Assembly: GCF_001194135.2 (NCBI RefSeq)
Contig: NC_068982.1
Span: forward strand, 3,922,605-3,986,604
Direction of reading: 5' to 3'
DNA: 64,000 nt
Origin: Octopus bimaculoides
Taxonomy: Eukaryota
This document shows positions 11,864-23,575 of the stretch, piece by piece. The first letter of the stretch is position 1. The number at the start of each line of letters is the position of its first letter. The notes beneath the pieces were generated by a model, which ran no database searches, was not told the DNA's origin, and worked only from the letters and a program-made list of their open reading frames with translations. A program made the position numbers and the translations under genes.

Positions 11864-12400
11864 TCACTATCATCGTCATTTAACATCCGTTTTCCATGGA
11901 CATTTCCAGAGTTCTTATAACCATGGGTTGAATAGTTTTACAGGGTCTAGCAAGGCCAAGAACCACACCAGATTTCATTGTCCGTTCTGACATGGTTTCT
12001 ACAACTGGATGCCCATCCTAATGCCAACCACTTTACAAGTGCACTGGGTGCTTTTTATGTGACACCGGCACCAACATGGTTGCCAAGTAATTTGCAAGAC
12101 AAGACCTCTTGATTAAGAGAGGGAACGGGACCAAGGGAATTGGCTGTGAGCAAGGTGAGAGGTCAGAGTAAGATAGAGGGACAGAGATTGCTGTCTTACT
12201 ATAGAGGGGGTTCCTTGGTCACCCCAGTAGGACAAGGAAGAAAAAGGAAAGAGAGAAATGGATGACATTGGAGATGTATTGGGGCCTGTGAGCAGTGGTG
12301 ACAGGTATAAGTAGTACAGAGGTGTGATAGAGGGGGCGGGGGCTTCCATAAGTGTGTGAGGAGATTCCTCGGCATAAGGAGAGGGAAGAATACTTCAGTC
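11864..12400 (-). mobile_element. RTE-tailed repeat with a distinct pyrimidine-rich 5' part
   Basis: RTE tail plus a segment sharing AAGACAAGA...GGTGAGAGG with 61945-62210. Confidence 0.65.
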
Positions 12401-12404
12401 ATTG

Positions 12405-12680
12405 ATCATCATCATCATTGATTAACGTTCATTTTCCATGCTGGCATGGGTTGGACAGTTTGACTGAGGTTTGGAGAGCCAGTGGCTGCACCAGGTTCCA
12501 ACCTAGTCTAGCAGAATTTCTACAATTGGATGCCCTTCCTAACACCAACCACTCCAAGAGTGTAGTAGGTACTTTTTACATGCAACCGGCACAGGAACCA
12601 GCATGGGGGTACTGGCGTCAGTCACAATTTGTTGGTACTTTTTACGTAACACTGACAACGGAGCCAGTAAGGCGGACCTC
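12405..12680 (-). mobile_element. Short RTE 3'-end copy
   Basis: Same 3' UTR and tail. Confidence 0.8.
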
Positions 12681-13104
12681 TACCTAAATAAATCCACTTC
12701 AGACATTTTCCCTTCCTCTGCAAATGAAGAATTAGAGCCAAGTTAGAAGACGGTCCTGAAGGTACTTGAACTAGAAACCAAACTAATGAAGGGGCCTAAA
12801 CAGAGTTCCACAGAGTTACACTTGTAATAGTAGCAAAATTTCCTTCGCATCACATCTTCCTGCTTTGAAAAAAGAACAAATGATGATATAGTCCTAGATT
12901 CACTTAACTAGAAAAGAAAACGACAAGATGATCACAGCATAAATCATATACACCTATTCAATCAGCCTGACCTGGGGTTAAAAACATAACAAATAATGTA
13001 GATCTTTAATTTTTCTACTTGTTTCAGTCAGTAGACCAAGGCTATGCTGGAGCACCACCTTGAAGGATTTTAATCAACCTCAGTGATTATTATTATTATT
13101 ATTA

Positions 13105-13487
13105 TGGTGGAGGCGCAATGTCCCAGTGGTTAAGGCAGTGGACTCATGGTCATAGGATCATGGTTTCAATTCCCAGACTGGGCGTTGTGAGTGTTTATAG
13201 AGCGAAAACACCTAAAATCTCCACGAAGCTCCGGTAGGGGGTGGTGGCTAGCCCTGCTGTATTCTTTTACCACAACTTTCACTCTTTCTTCCAGTTTCTG
13301 TTGTACCTGCATTTCAAAGGGGCCAGCCTTGTCACACTGTGTCACGCTGAATCTCCCCGAAAAGTATGTTAAGGATACATGTGTCTATGGAGTGCTCAGC
13401 CACTTGCATGTTTATTTCATGAGCAGGCTGCTCCATCGATTGGATCAACTGGAACCCTCGTCGTCATAACCGACGGAGTCCCACAAT
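13105..13487 (+). mobile_element. tRNA-derived SINE family C (~385 bp), embedded in (TTA)n
   Basis: A box-like TCCCAGTGGTTAAGG, B box-like GGTTTCAATTCC, unique body, TTA repeats on both sides. Confidence 0.75.
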
Positions 13488-14045
13488 TATTATTATTATT
13501 ATTATTATTATCATCATTATTATTATTATTATTAAACATTTGGTAGTTTCAAGGCAAATTTCTACTGCCTCGTCTGCCACACTTCCATGTTGTTGGGGTG
13601 TGTGCAGCATTGCAGGTTCTTTTTTGTTGGTGGTCGAATGCAAACACTTCCTGGTATTGCACTGCGTCAGTCTTATTGTCTTAGTGTTTGTATTGCATGT
13701 TGTGTGTGTGTGTAATGTGTTGGGTATCCAGCTTGCTGGTGGAAGTTTATTTCATTGGATGTTTACTGTACAGAGTCTGGCTTGTGTTGTTTAGGTTATA
13801 TTATTGAACTGATAGTGTGTTGTGTAGGATGTAGGCTGTTCCTAGCAGGGCTATTTTTTGGACAGTGTCTAGTGTTGAGGATCCAGGCATAGCATTTACA
13901 GTTTTGTTCATGATTTTTTCATCATGCCCAATGTTCCAATTATTACTCGTATTGTTTTCACTTTCATTCCTCACATCTTGAACACTTTGATTTCAAGGTC
14001 TCTGTACTTCAACAATTTCTCTACTTCTGTTTGAACAATATCTTG
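13487..14045 (-). mobile_element. R4/Dong-like non-LTR retrotransposon 3' end (restriction-like endonuclease C-terminus, 3' UTR, (TAA)n tail)
   Basis: EKLLKYRDLEIKV..VKTIRVIIGTLG..VQKIALLGTAYILH. Confidence 0.85.
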
Positions 14046-14232
14046 GTCAGAGAGGGGTGGAGGACAAACACAGACAGAAAAATACACACACAGGTATATA
14101 GCTATATATATCTTGCAGTTTCCATCTACCAAATCCACTCACAAGGCTTTAGTAGAAGACAATGGCCCAAGGTGCCATGCAATGGAACTGAGCCTGGAAC
14201 CACATGGTTGAGAAGTAAACTTCTTAGCACAC
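14045..14232 (-). mobile_element. SINE family B, partial
   Basis: Same consensus. Confidence 0.75.
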
Positions 14233-14759
14233 AGTCAAACCACCTTCATTTAATCATTAGAAGAAGACGTCTGCAACCTGACCCAGCATCTCAATGGTAA
14301 AATGGAATGTTATTGAACAGGATTCATAGAGAACGCTAGACTTGTGATTAACGATCCCACACAGGCACCATCGCCAAATACAGAAGATACACAAGTTGTA
14401 TTTGTGATATCTGGCAGATACTACGGCTCGCATTCAAATCCAAAAATTGATATTAGTTGCACAAAATGTGGAAACTGTTCCTATAAATATTGTATGGCAA
14501 TAAAACCTATGATATTGTATATATATTCTCATCAGTTAATATTCGTTTTCATGCTCTGTAATCAAGATGTTTGCTTTCCAAACGCACGAGGCAACTGGAG
14601 CCTGGAGAGTGAATTTGGGAGATAGAAACTGAAAGAAGCCCATCATGTGTATGTATGCACATATACACATGTGTGTACATATATGTGCATGTGTGTATAT
14701 ACATGTTGCAGGCATGGGTGCTATTGACCTAACACTGACATCAGCCACGACTACAGTCT

Positions 14760-15005
14760 GACCTGTCTAGCCAAGTGAGACTGCAGTCGCGGCTGATGCT
14801 GGTGTCAGGTCAATGGCATCTGTGCCGGTAGCACATAAAAAACAACCGCTACACTCTCAGAGTGGTTGGCATTAGGAAGGGCATCCATCCGTAGAAACCT
14901 TGTCAAATCAGACTGGAGCCTGGGGCAGCCCACTGGCTTACCATTTTCAGTCAAACCATCCAACCCATGCCAGCATGGAAAGCAGACGTTAAATGATGAT
15001 GATGT
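14760..15005 (+). mobile_element. Short RTE 3'-end copy preceded by an inverted duplicate of its 5' end
   Basis: Same 3' UTR and tail; 14723-14759 is the reverse complement of 14778-14814. Confidence 0.8.
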
Positions 15006-15351
15006 GTATTAGCAACTGCTTATCTTTACATCATACGACAGTTGTAGAGGAGTGTCCCTGTCATACAAGCAGTGTCATTAGTTGCCAACCTTCTGTGAAA
15101 ATATGCTTGGCCATGGTATTATCTAGAAACAGGAGACGGTTAGCAACAGGGAGTGCATCCAGTTGTAGAAAATCTGCCTCAACAAATTCCATCTAACCCA
15201 TTCAATCATTGAAAAGTGTTTGTTAAAATAATTTTTATTGTGTATTTAAATTTGTAAATATTTAATCGATACAGCTTCTTCACCCCTTTTATGTTTGTCT
15301 GTCCTTGTTCGTCCCTTCTCTGTAATGCTTTTATGGCAAATATTTATGAAA

Positions 15352-15950
15352 TAAAGAAGTTTGCTTCCCAACCATATGGTTCTGGGTTCAGTCTCACTTG
15401 GGCAAGTGTCTTCTAAAATCATCTCGGGCTGACCAAAGCCTTGTGAGAGGATTTGGCAGATAGGAACTGAAGAAACCCGTCATGTGGGGGGGGGGGGCAT
15501 TTGTAGCTGTGTTTGTCTCCCGCCACTGCTTGACAACTGCCGTTGGTGGGTTTAAGTCCCCATAACTTAGCAGAAGGCAGCGAGCTGGCAGAACCGTTAG
15601 CACACTGGACGGAATGCTTAGCGATATTCCGTCTGCCGTTACATTCTGAGTTCAAATTCCGCTGAGGTCAACTTTGCCTTTCATCCTTTCGGGATCAATT
15701 AAATAAACACCAGTTACATACTGGGGTCGATGTAATCGATTTAATCCCTTTGTTTGTCCTTGTTTGTCCCCTCTATGTTTAGCCCTTTGTGGGCAATAAA
15801 GAAATAATTTAGCAGTTCAGCAAAAGAGTGATACAAAGTACCACACTTAAAAAAAAAAAAACAGTAATGAGATCGATTCGTTCAATTAAAAATTGTTCAA
15901 GGCAGTGCCCCAGCATGGCCGCAGTCTAATAACTGAAACAAAAAGTAAAA
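15352..15950 (+). mobile_element. SINE family B interrupted by family A
   Basis: The 5' part resumes after 15815. Confidence 0.8.
15574..15803 (+). mobile_element. SINE family A nested inside SINE family B
   Basis: Direct repeat ATAA(C/T)TTAGCAG at 15562-15573 and 15804-15815. Confidence 0.9.
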
Positions 15951-16611
15951 AATAAAATATATATGCAAACTACATAGAACTAGCAACAAAATTCCCCACA
16001 TATCACACCTCACTGCCTTGGAGAGAAAAAAAATCAGGATAGCCATGGCATAAACACCCTTGAACATATGGCTGCTCAGTCAGACTGGCCTAGGGCTAAA
16101 CAACAACTAGAGATTGTAGATGTCCAATATATCCATAATATGAATCATCCTACATTGAATCACTTGATTTTGTTGCTGAATACCTAAACCACTTAGGTTG
16201 TGTGTTTTTGTTGTTATTGTTCAATTAAAACACCACAAAATGGCTGACATAAAACAACAGCAGGCAGGACTAATGGCCCATATGGCCATGGACCTATATA
16301 TGAATGAATGATTGAATGAATGGAGACAACATGCTGCGGAAGAGACTGCTTAGTCCAGTGGGAGACAGCTGGTGGCATGACACATGCACTGAGCCAACCC
16401 TGTAAACAGGATAGCAATGGGGAAAGTATATAATAAAAACACTAAAGCAAAAACATGACTGACAGAGCAATTAAGATGGCCAGTTTTTCTCTTTTACTGT
16501 GTTTCTGGTGCTGTAGGATATGACTACTAGAGAAACCATTTGAGAGCAGGACAATTCAACAGCAAGAAAGAAACAAACAAACAAAAAAATACCGGTGCAA
16601 AACAGTATATC

Positions 16612-16843
16612 TTGTCTGACATTTGTTTCTGATACAAATGTTGTGGTAATTTAGCCCAGAAATGTTGCTGTCATAACCTGGAAATTGCAATGCACAGATA
16701 TTGTTTTTGAGCTGAGTGGGGGTGCTAGATTCCCTTGTTTGAAAATATAAGGACACAGATACTGTGTCATATCGCCAGCTGGAGACGATGTCTCCTGGGG
16801 CTAAATTACAGCAGACTGTCTGTTGGTACAATAGCTCAGACAA
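16612..16843. mobile_element. Related MITE sharing the right arm but with different tips (TTGTCTGA / TCAGACAA)
   Basis: 16695-16810 nearly identical to 58335-58450. Confidence 0.7.
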
Positions 16844-17243
16844 CTAGAGGTTTCTCAGCATTTTACTTCACTACTTTACTTTTCTCTGTTCAAATCTGAC
16901 CATTATCAATTGCTTTTCCACTAGAATAAACACCACTACTATTTTAAGATACAGTCATTACCTGCCATAGGATTAGAGTTAAGCAAACAGTAAGCAAATG
17001 GGCCCCCGCTGGGAACTTCACCTGCACTGTATGGAACACACCACAATTTCTGGGTACAGATAGGGAAAGGCAGAATAAGTAACGTTGAAACTAGTTTATA
17101 ATGGCATTCTCAGAAAAACTAGTCTCACACACACACACACACACACACGCGGGTTTTTCCATAAATGAAACTTGCACATAAATATGAAGAGAAGGAAGTG
17201 ACTGAAGTGTGTGTATAAGTATGTGTGTGTATGTATACACATA

Positions 17244-17246
<3 letters not shown>

Positions 17247-17289
<43 letters not shown>
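17247..17289. repeat. (GT)n microsatellite abutting a gap
   Basis: Direct reading. Other microsatellites: (CA/CC)n 4227-4305, (GAA/GGA)n 18530-18600, (GA)n 26610-26692, (CT)n 35130-35190. Confidence 0.95.
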
Positions 17290-17953
17290 NNNNNNNNNNN
17301 NNNNNNNNNNNNNNNNNNNNNNNNNNNNNNNNNNNNNNNNNNNNNNNNNNNNNNNNNNNNNNNNNNNNNNNNNNNNNNNNNNNNNNNNNNNNNNNNNNNN
17401 NNNNNNNNNNNNNNNNNNNNNNNNNNNNNNNNNNNNNNNNNNNNNNNNNNNNNNNNNNNNNNNNNNNNNNNNNNNNNNNNNNNNNNNNNNNNNNNNNNNN
17501 NNNNNNNNNNNNNNNNNNNNNNNNNNNNNNNNNNNNNNNNNNNNNNNNNNNNNNNNNNNNNNNNNNNNNNNNNNNNNNNNNNNNNNNNNNNNNNNNNNNN
17601 NNNNNNNNNNNNNNNNNNNNNNNNNNNNNNNNNNNNNNNNNNNNNNNNNNNNNNNNNNNNNNNNNNNNNNNNNNNNNNNNNNNNNNNNNNNNNNNNNNNN
17701 NNNNNNNNNNNNNNNNNNNNNNNNNNNNNNNNNNNNNNNNNNNNNNNNNNNNNNNNNNNNNNNNNNNNNNNNNNNNNNNNNNNNNNNNNNNNNNNNNNNN
17801 NNNNNNNNNNNNNNNNNNNNNNNNNNNNNNNNNNNNNNNNNNNNNNNNNNNNNNNNNNNNNNNNNNNNNNNNNNNNNNNNNNNNNNNNNNNNNNNNNNNN
17901 NNNNNNNNNNNNNNNNNNNNNNNNNNNNNNNNNNNNNNNNNNNNNNNNNNNNN
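17290..17953. other. Assembly gap (others near 19959, 24388-24563, 35822-36150, 42687-42896, 43655, 48966-48997, 52374, 55268-55523, 60116)
   Basis: N runs. Confidence 0.98.
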
Positions 17954-18431
17954 CATCCATGCCTGTGCATTTGGGACTTATTATGCACTGGAAGCTGTGC
18001 TAGCACACTATGGAGTAGCAGCGGAGGAGGGATGGTATGGGCATGCCTCGGGAAGAGTCACAAAGAATGAGAAGGCAACCATACTCTGGGACGTGCCAGT
18101 GCGCAGAGATGGAGAAGTTGAGGCCAGTTGTTGGGGATCACCTAGGAAAAAACATGCCTTGTATTCAACGTATCGGTGCCAACAGATGAAAATGTTTCTC
18201 TGGAAGAGATGGAGAAGCTTTCAAGATGCAAAGATCTGGAGGTGGAGGTACTCAATTGTGGAGCCTGAAAGTGGAAACAATTCCTATTATGGTGTGCGCC
18301 TTGAGTGTGATAGAGGCACATTCAGACAGATGCATGGCACAAACACCAGGACTTGCAAGTCTATGTAACATGCCAAAAGTGGCACTGGTGAGCACCACAC
18401 ACAGCCCACGTAGAGCAGTTTCAGTGCAGTG
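17954..18431 (+). mobile_element. R4/Dong-like LINE fragment (restriction-like endonuclease)
   Basis: KATILWDVPV, CLVFNVSVPTDENVSLEEMEKLSRCKDLEVEV, LKVETIPIMV, KVALVSTTH. Confidence 0.85.
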
Positions 18432-19270
18432 AAAGTAGGAGCAACACAGCAAACCACAGCATTAGCCGGAGTGCACAGAGCTGTGCTCGATGGTGCAGTG
18501 AAGGCTTGTGATGGGGGTAAGACTGCTGAAGGAGGGGAAGGAGAAGAAGAAGAAGGCGGAGGAAGAGGAGGAGAGGGGGAGGGAGAAGGAGAAGAAGAAG
18601 AATATGACTAATTAACTACTGCATAAAATTTTGCTGGCAACGATGATAATAATGGTAATCGTTGTTTCCAATTTTAATGAGATGCATTTAGTCTGACACT
18701 GATCCCAATTTTTAAACCTTAGTTCATTAAGTCCAGAAGGATGAAAGGCAAAAGTGATCCCAATAGGATTTGAACTTGGGCTGTAAAGAGCTGGAACAAA
18801 TAGTACAGGGTTCGTTGCTTTAATGATTTTGCCTATCCACAACCCTAAATTGTTTGTAATATAGGCACAAGAGGTGAAATTTGGTGGGAAAGTAAAATCA
18901 ATTAAATCTACCCAGTATCGTCCAACCCATGCTGGCATGGAAAGCAGACGTTAAATGAAAATAAATGAAATGAATAAAAGGATACAGTTTTTCATCACTT
19001 CAAAACATTTTTGCAATAGATTGTCTGCCTGTTATCCTTTTTACCAGTTGGAGAGCCAGACTGAACCAGACACTGAACAGTATAATGCTTCTATCTGTCC
19101 AGTATCCCATAACAACATAGGACAGTATGGACCTGCCTCTCCAGCTGGAAAGGTCAATGGGTTGACCTTTCCAGGTTGATTTTTGTCTCCTGTCATCACT
19201 TTGCACTTTCTTAGAGCATTGCCAATCATCTTGATGTGCTTGGTGTCTAACACTATTATGGTGAGGTTAT

Positions 19271-19502
19271 AAGGCGACGAGCTGGCAGAAACGTTAGCAC
19301 GCCGGGCGAAATGCTTAGCGGTATTTCGTCTGCCGCTACGTTCCGAGTTCAAATTCCACCGAGGTCGACTTTGCCTTTCATCCTTTCGGGGGTCGATTAA
19401 ATAAGTACCAGTTATGCACTGGGGTCGATATAATCGACTTACTCCATTTGTCTGTCCTTGTTTGTCCCCTCTGTGTGTAGCCCCTTGTGGGCAATAAAGA
19501 AA
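19271..19502 (+). mobile_element. tRNA-derived SINE family A (Nin/Deu-like central domain), young copy
   Basis: B box GAGTTCAAATTCC, central GAGGTCGACTTTGCCTTTCATCCTTTCGGGGGTCGAT..AAGTACCAG; 23-bp direct repeat (1 mismatch) at 19248-19270 and 19503-19525. Confidence 0.9.
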
Positions 19503-19796
19503 TAACACTATTATGGTAAGGTTATCTGTGTATGCCAGTACAGATCTTCAGCGTTCTAGTTCATGTAGGTTACATTTCATTGTCTCTCGTTTTCACAGCA
19601 GTGGAAAAATAACTGATGTTTGTCTTGCTATGTTTTTTGTTGTTCACCACCACCGCTGGATGGATTTGGATGAAACTTTCAGGGATGTTTGGCCTAGTGA
19701 CTGGCACAAACTGGTTAGATTTTGGGATCGATCTGGTACCAGACAAAGATTCTGGATTATCTTCCTGGCTTTTTTACTTAATTTTTCAGAGCAGTC

Positions 19797-19855
19797 AGGT
19801 TATGGGGACATACACACCCCACCATCGGTTGTCAAGCGATGTTGGGGAGACAAAT

Positions 19856-19900
<45 letters not shown>

Positions 19901-20062
19901 TATATATGACGGTGTTCTTTCAGTTTCTGTTTAATCCACTCACAAGGCTTTGGTCGGCNNNNNNNNNNAAGACACTTGCCCAAGGTGCCACGCAATGGGA
20001 CTGAACCTAGAACTATGTGGTTGGTAAGCAAGCTACTTACCACACAGCCACTCTGGCGCCTA
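19797..20062 (-). mobile_element. SINE family B
   Basis: Same consensus. Confidence 0.8.
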
Positions 20063-20735
20063 CAATTACAGTTCTGAAATTATTGCATAATCAGTTTTTC
20101 GTACATTCACACACACGCATGCACCCACACATACACACAACAACCACCATACATACATCATACTTACTAAACTAGAAACTACACACTTGTATCGGTTATG
20201 AATGCAACCCATTTGTTTGATTAGATTTTCAACTGAAATATGAGTCAAGTGTTTGAATAAGCCTTCCTACTTAACTTTTCTCTCTTTGGCCAATACTGAG
20301 ATGCTATAACATTAAGTTGAAGTTAAGCAAAGCTAGATATGACACAAGCTATTCCACAGGGCTTTGAAACCTCTCTCTGGAAGTCTACCTCAAATTGTAA
20401 TTACATTTGTCTAAGGACTCAACTGCAACAGAACAAAACAAATGTCATCTTCAGAGTACGAGTTTGGATTACAAGTTACTTACCTACGACTACATCCCTG
20501 AAATTATAGCATCATCAGTTTTTTTATACATACATACAAATATAGGATTGCTATCCACTTGTGACCAAGAAAAACCATTGCTGACCTTTAGGAACATTGT
20601 GCGCTCTAGGACTAACTTATATTTTGCATTTGCAGCTCCGTTGGTGGCTAATGAGCCCTGCTCTTGACAAGCATACACAACTGTAATCACTGCAAACCAA
20701 GCTTTCCCCATTCACTACACTAGCAGTGCACTTTC

Positions 20736-20950
20736 AAGCAGCACACTTCAATTCTTCATGAAGAATACATGCTCTCTCAAAGGTGTCAAATCCCTCCTTA
20801 ACCTGCTTCCTCCATCTGTGGCAATGACAGGCATTGTTCTCCCAGTCGGTCTCCTGCATATCACAATCCTTTAATGAGGAACTGACACAGTCTTTAAATC
20901 GCAGCCTTGATTTCTGCCAGGGTCTCTTTCCACCATCAAGTTCCCCATAT
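20736..20950 (-). mobile_element. RTE (BovB-like) LINE fragment
   Basis: YGELDGGKRPWQKSRLRFKDCV..LKDCDM..DWENNA..RWRKQVKEGFDTFE. Confidence 0.85.
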
Positions 20951-21062
20951 ACATATATATATACATATATACATATACAAACGTAGACACACACACACAC
21001 ATATACATATTAACGTATAGGCATTACACTCACTAAACTAGAAACTACACACTGCTTTCAAC

Positions 21063-21989
21063 ATGAATGCAACCCATTTGTCTGATCCCGTTTTGTTTTC
21101 AAGATTGGTTGTTTTCAGCATCATACCTGTCTTCCTAAGTGTGGGACTCATAGGTAACATATTTGTGATATATATTTATGCACGACAGTCCCAGAAAAGC
21201 AATGTAGACACATTCATCCTTGTGCTAGCAGTGAATGATCTGATTGGATGTATCTTTGGAATGCCTCTGGAAATGGCTGAACTTTACCCTGCAATACAAT
21301 CAGATGGATTGTGTAAGTTATACAAGTTCATTGTCTTCATCAATTCTCTCATGTCATCCATGATTCTGTTGGTTATTGCTGTTGAAAGATACAGGAAAAT
21401 ATGTTGTCCCCATGGCAAACAAATGACTCTGAAACTACGACGAATTCTTATTTTTCTCACAACTGTGATATCAGTTGCATTGGTCCTGCCAGTTCTGTTT
21501 CACTTTGACGGTGTTCCCTTCATCCATGAAAACAAGATATACGTGATATGTGGCTGTGACCTTAGAAGGTCATCTCTCTGGTTTTATGCTCTGGCAGCAT
21601 TAATTATTAACATTATGCTTTTCTTAAGCATGACTGTACTTTATATTTTGGTTCAGAAGACTATTGCTCAGCGTAGCAGGAAAAGGCAACGTGGAAAAGC
21701 AGCTTCACAAGCAAGAACAAATCAATCGCACACAAACATTGTACTTATCTTAATCTCCATTTTGCTTTTTATCAGTTTTTCACCAACCCTTATTTTCTTT
21801 GTCATGTATCCATACTTCAAAGATTCTAACTCGTTGCAGATATGCAAGGTAGTTCTATATCGTACATGGATACTAAATTCATCTTTAAATCCCATGGTGT
21901 ATGGATTTTGTAACAAAATATTCCGCAAAAGTTTTGCAGATACATTTACTAGGAGTAAAAGTACCTTTGAAACGGAAGAGAAATTTTAA
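21063..21989 (+). CDS. Intronless class A (rhodopsin-like) 7TM GPCR, orphan, peptide-receptor-like, 308 aa
   Basis: Uninterrupted ORF with seven hydrophobic segments and class A motifs: N-glycosylation site NAT, TM1 GN, TM2 LAVND, TM3 C...ERY (AVERYRKICCP), ECL2 Cys, TM5 Tyr, TM6 SFSP (for CWxP), TM7 NPMVY, helix 8 FRKSF. Confidence 0.93.
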   Translation: MNATHLSDPVLFSRLVVFSIIPVFLSVGLIGNIFVIYIYARQSQKSNVDTFILVLAVNDLIGCIFGMPLEMAELYPAIQSDGLCKLYKFIVFINSLMSSMILLVIAVERYRKICCPHGKQMTLKLRRILIFLTTVISVALVLPVLFHFDGVPFIHENKIYVICGCDLRRSSLWFYALAALIINIMLFLSMTVLYILVQKTIAQRSRKRQRGKAASQARTNQSHTNIVLILISILLFISFSPTLIFFVMYPYFKDSNSLQICKVVLYRTWILNSSLNPMVYGFCNKIFRKSFADTFTRSKSTFETEEKF

Positions 21990-22771
21990 ATTTGGTTTAC
22001 AGCAAACATTTTAATATAGAGGAATACTTTCAAGTAGCAGACACATTTTCTTTGCTTACCATTTCATAGGAAATGCACTCTATTTTTTCTTTTTTAATTG
22101 AAAATAACTCAACGATTGAGGTGTTTAATGAAATAACTACCTTTTCTGTTTTTATTTTGATATTTAGAGAATTACATTTTCTTCCATAAAATTGAAATGT
22201 TTTAATTTAAATCTGACCATTTAAAGACCTGCTGTTTGTATCCTTCACCCAGAGTCAGTCTAAGGTAGGTCAATTTGTACACCTGAACAGTTTCTTTATA
22301 ACATATTTACTATTGTTTTTGTTATTTTATAACTTCTATGGGAACATAACTGTTTATCTAAGTTCTACTAACTCTTTGAATCCCACAATTTCTGAATTAC
22401 ATTTTAAATCTACATTTGAAAAATACAAGAAAGTAAAAAAAAATTGTTGTTGTTTTCATCATCATCACCATGTTTACCATACCATCATCATTATGAGAAA
22501 ATTTAAGTTGTTAATATTTTTGAAATTGTTTCAGAATTGCTAACACTTAGTAGATTGGTTTTGAATTCTTTCCCTGCCAAATGTAGTGTGCAGGAGAAGC
22601 GAAAGCATTTTTGGCGACATATGCTACACACGGGCAGGATGTCCATGCCAGGGCCACCGTGAAAGACGCATGTTCCTATGTTTGATCTCTCCATGTTACA
22701 GATTAGATCTTGTTTGTAAATGTTTTGAGTCGAGTAATTTTATGTTTTGGAGATTGCATCTAAAAGATGGA

Positions 22772-23002
22772 TTAACCCTTTCATTACCAAACCGGCTGAA
22801 ACCAGTTCTGGCTCTGTAGTACAAATGTCTTGTTTTCATAAGTTTTCAATTAAAATCTTCCACCAAACCTTAGTCACAACTTATGTTCCCAATACTAGCT
22901 GAATGATAACTAAGTTATTTTACTAAATTCTTTGTTATATTTAAAATTAATTGAGAGAAACGAAGAGCATCTGAAAATAAATACAATAAACGAAAGGGTT
23001 AA
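22772..23002. mobile_element. piggyBac-type MITE
   Basis: TTAA-CCCTTT...AAAGGG-TTAA ends; second copy at 29391-29619. Confidence 0.85.
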
Positions 23003-23206
23003 ATTGTTGATGTTTTGTCTTGCTATGTTTTTTGTTGTTCACCACCACCTCATTACTAATTGAGAAGATATCTTTTTTCTGGCTCTTCAGGATCTGATTT
23101 CATCTCGTAGGCTTTTATAAAATGAAGTACCATTCAAGGAGTTGTGTTTATGGCATCAGTTTACTTCCTTCCTTTAGAACTTTTGGCCTTGTACCTAAAC
23201 TAGAAA

Positions 23207-23575
23207 TTATTACCTCCACCTTAGCAAAGGCGGAGGTATTGTTTTTACTTCTACTTGTTTGTTTGTCCATGGACAAGATATCTCAAGAACCGCTGGATGG
23301 ATTTGGATGAAACTTTCAGGGATGTTTGGCCTCATGACTGACACAAACTGGTTAGATTTTGGGATCAATCAAGTACCAGACAAGGATTCTGGATTATCTT
23401 CCTGGCTTTTTTTTACTTAATTTTTGAGAGCAGTCGAGTTCGTTTTTAGTATTCTCGTCTGTGAGATCAGTCTAGTTTATTTCAGATTTTCTCATTTTAA
23501 AAATCATCTGGCTAATTGTTGAGAGGACGTTGGTGTTGCCTTGGTGGAGGTCTGCGCTCTCTGAGTGCTCTTGTT
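23207..23575 (+). mobile_element. Helentron/HINE-type non-autonomous rolling-circle element
   Basis: 5' TTATTACCTCCACCTTAGCAAAGGCGGAGG, GTTT microsatellite, 3' CCTTGGTGGAGG plus hairpin GCGCTCTCTGAGTGC and TTGTT end. Confidence 0.75.

Noticed and set aside
17091-18070. Long ORFs here and across other N-runs (24328-24658, 35756-36180, 42613-42985, 55078-55663)
   Set aside because: Artefacts of translating through gaps and microsatellites; only the flanking transposon-derived parts are real.
19000-19206. Minus ORF with a faint L1/Tx1-like motif and a 13-bp hairpin at 19145-19174
   Set aside because: Similarity too weak; a short hairpin is compatible with chance or repeat decay.
20407-20667. 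ORF with a TM1/TM2-like look upstream of the GPCR
   Set aside because: No alignable GN or LAxxD motif; cannot be distinguished from noise.
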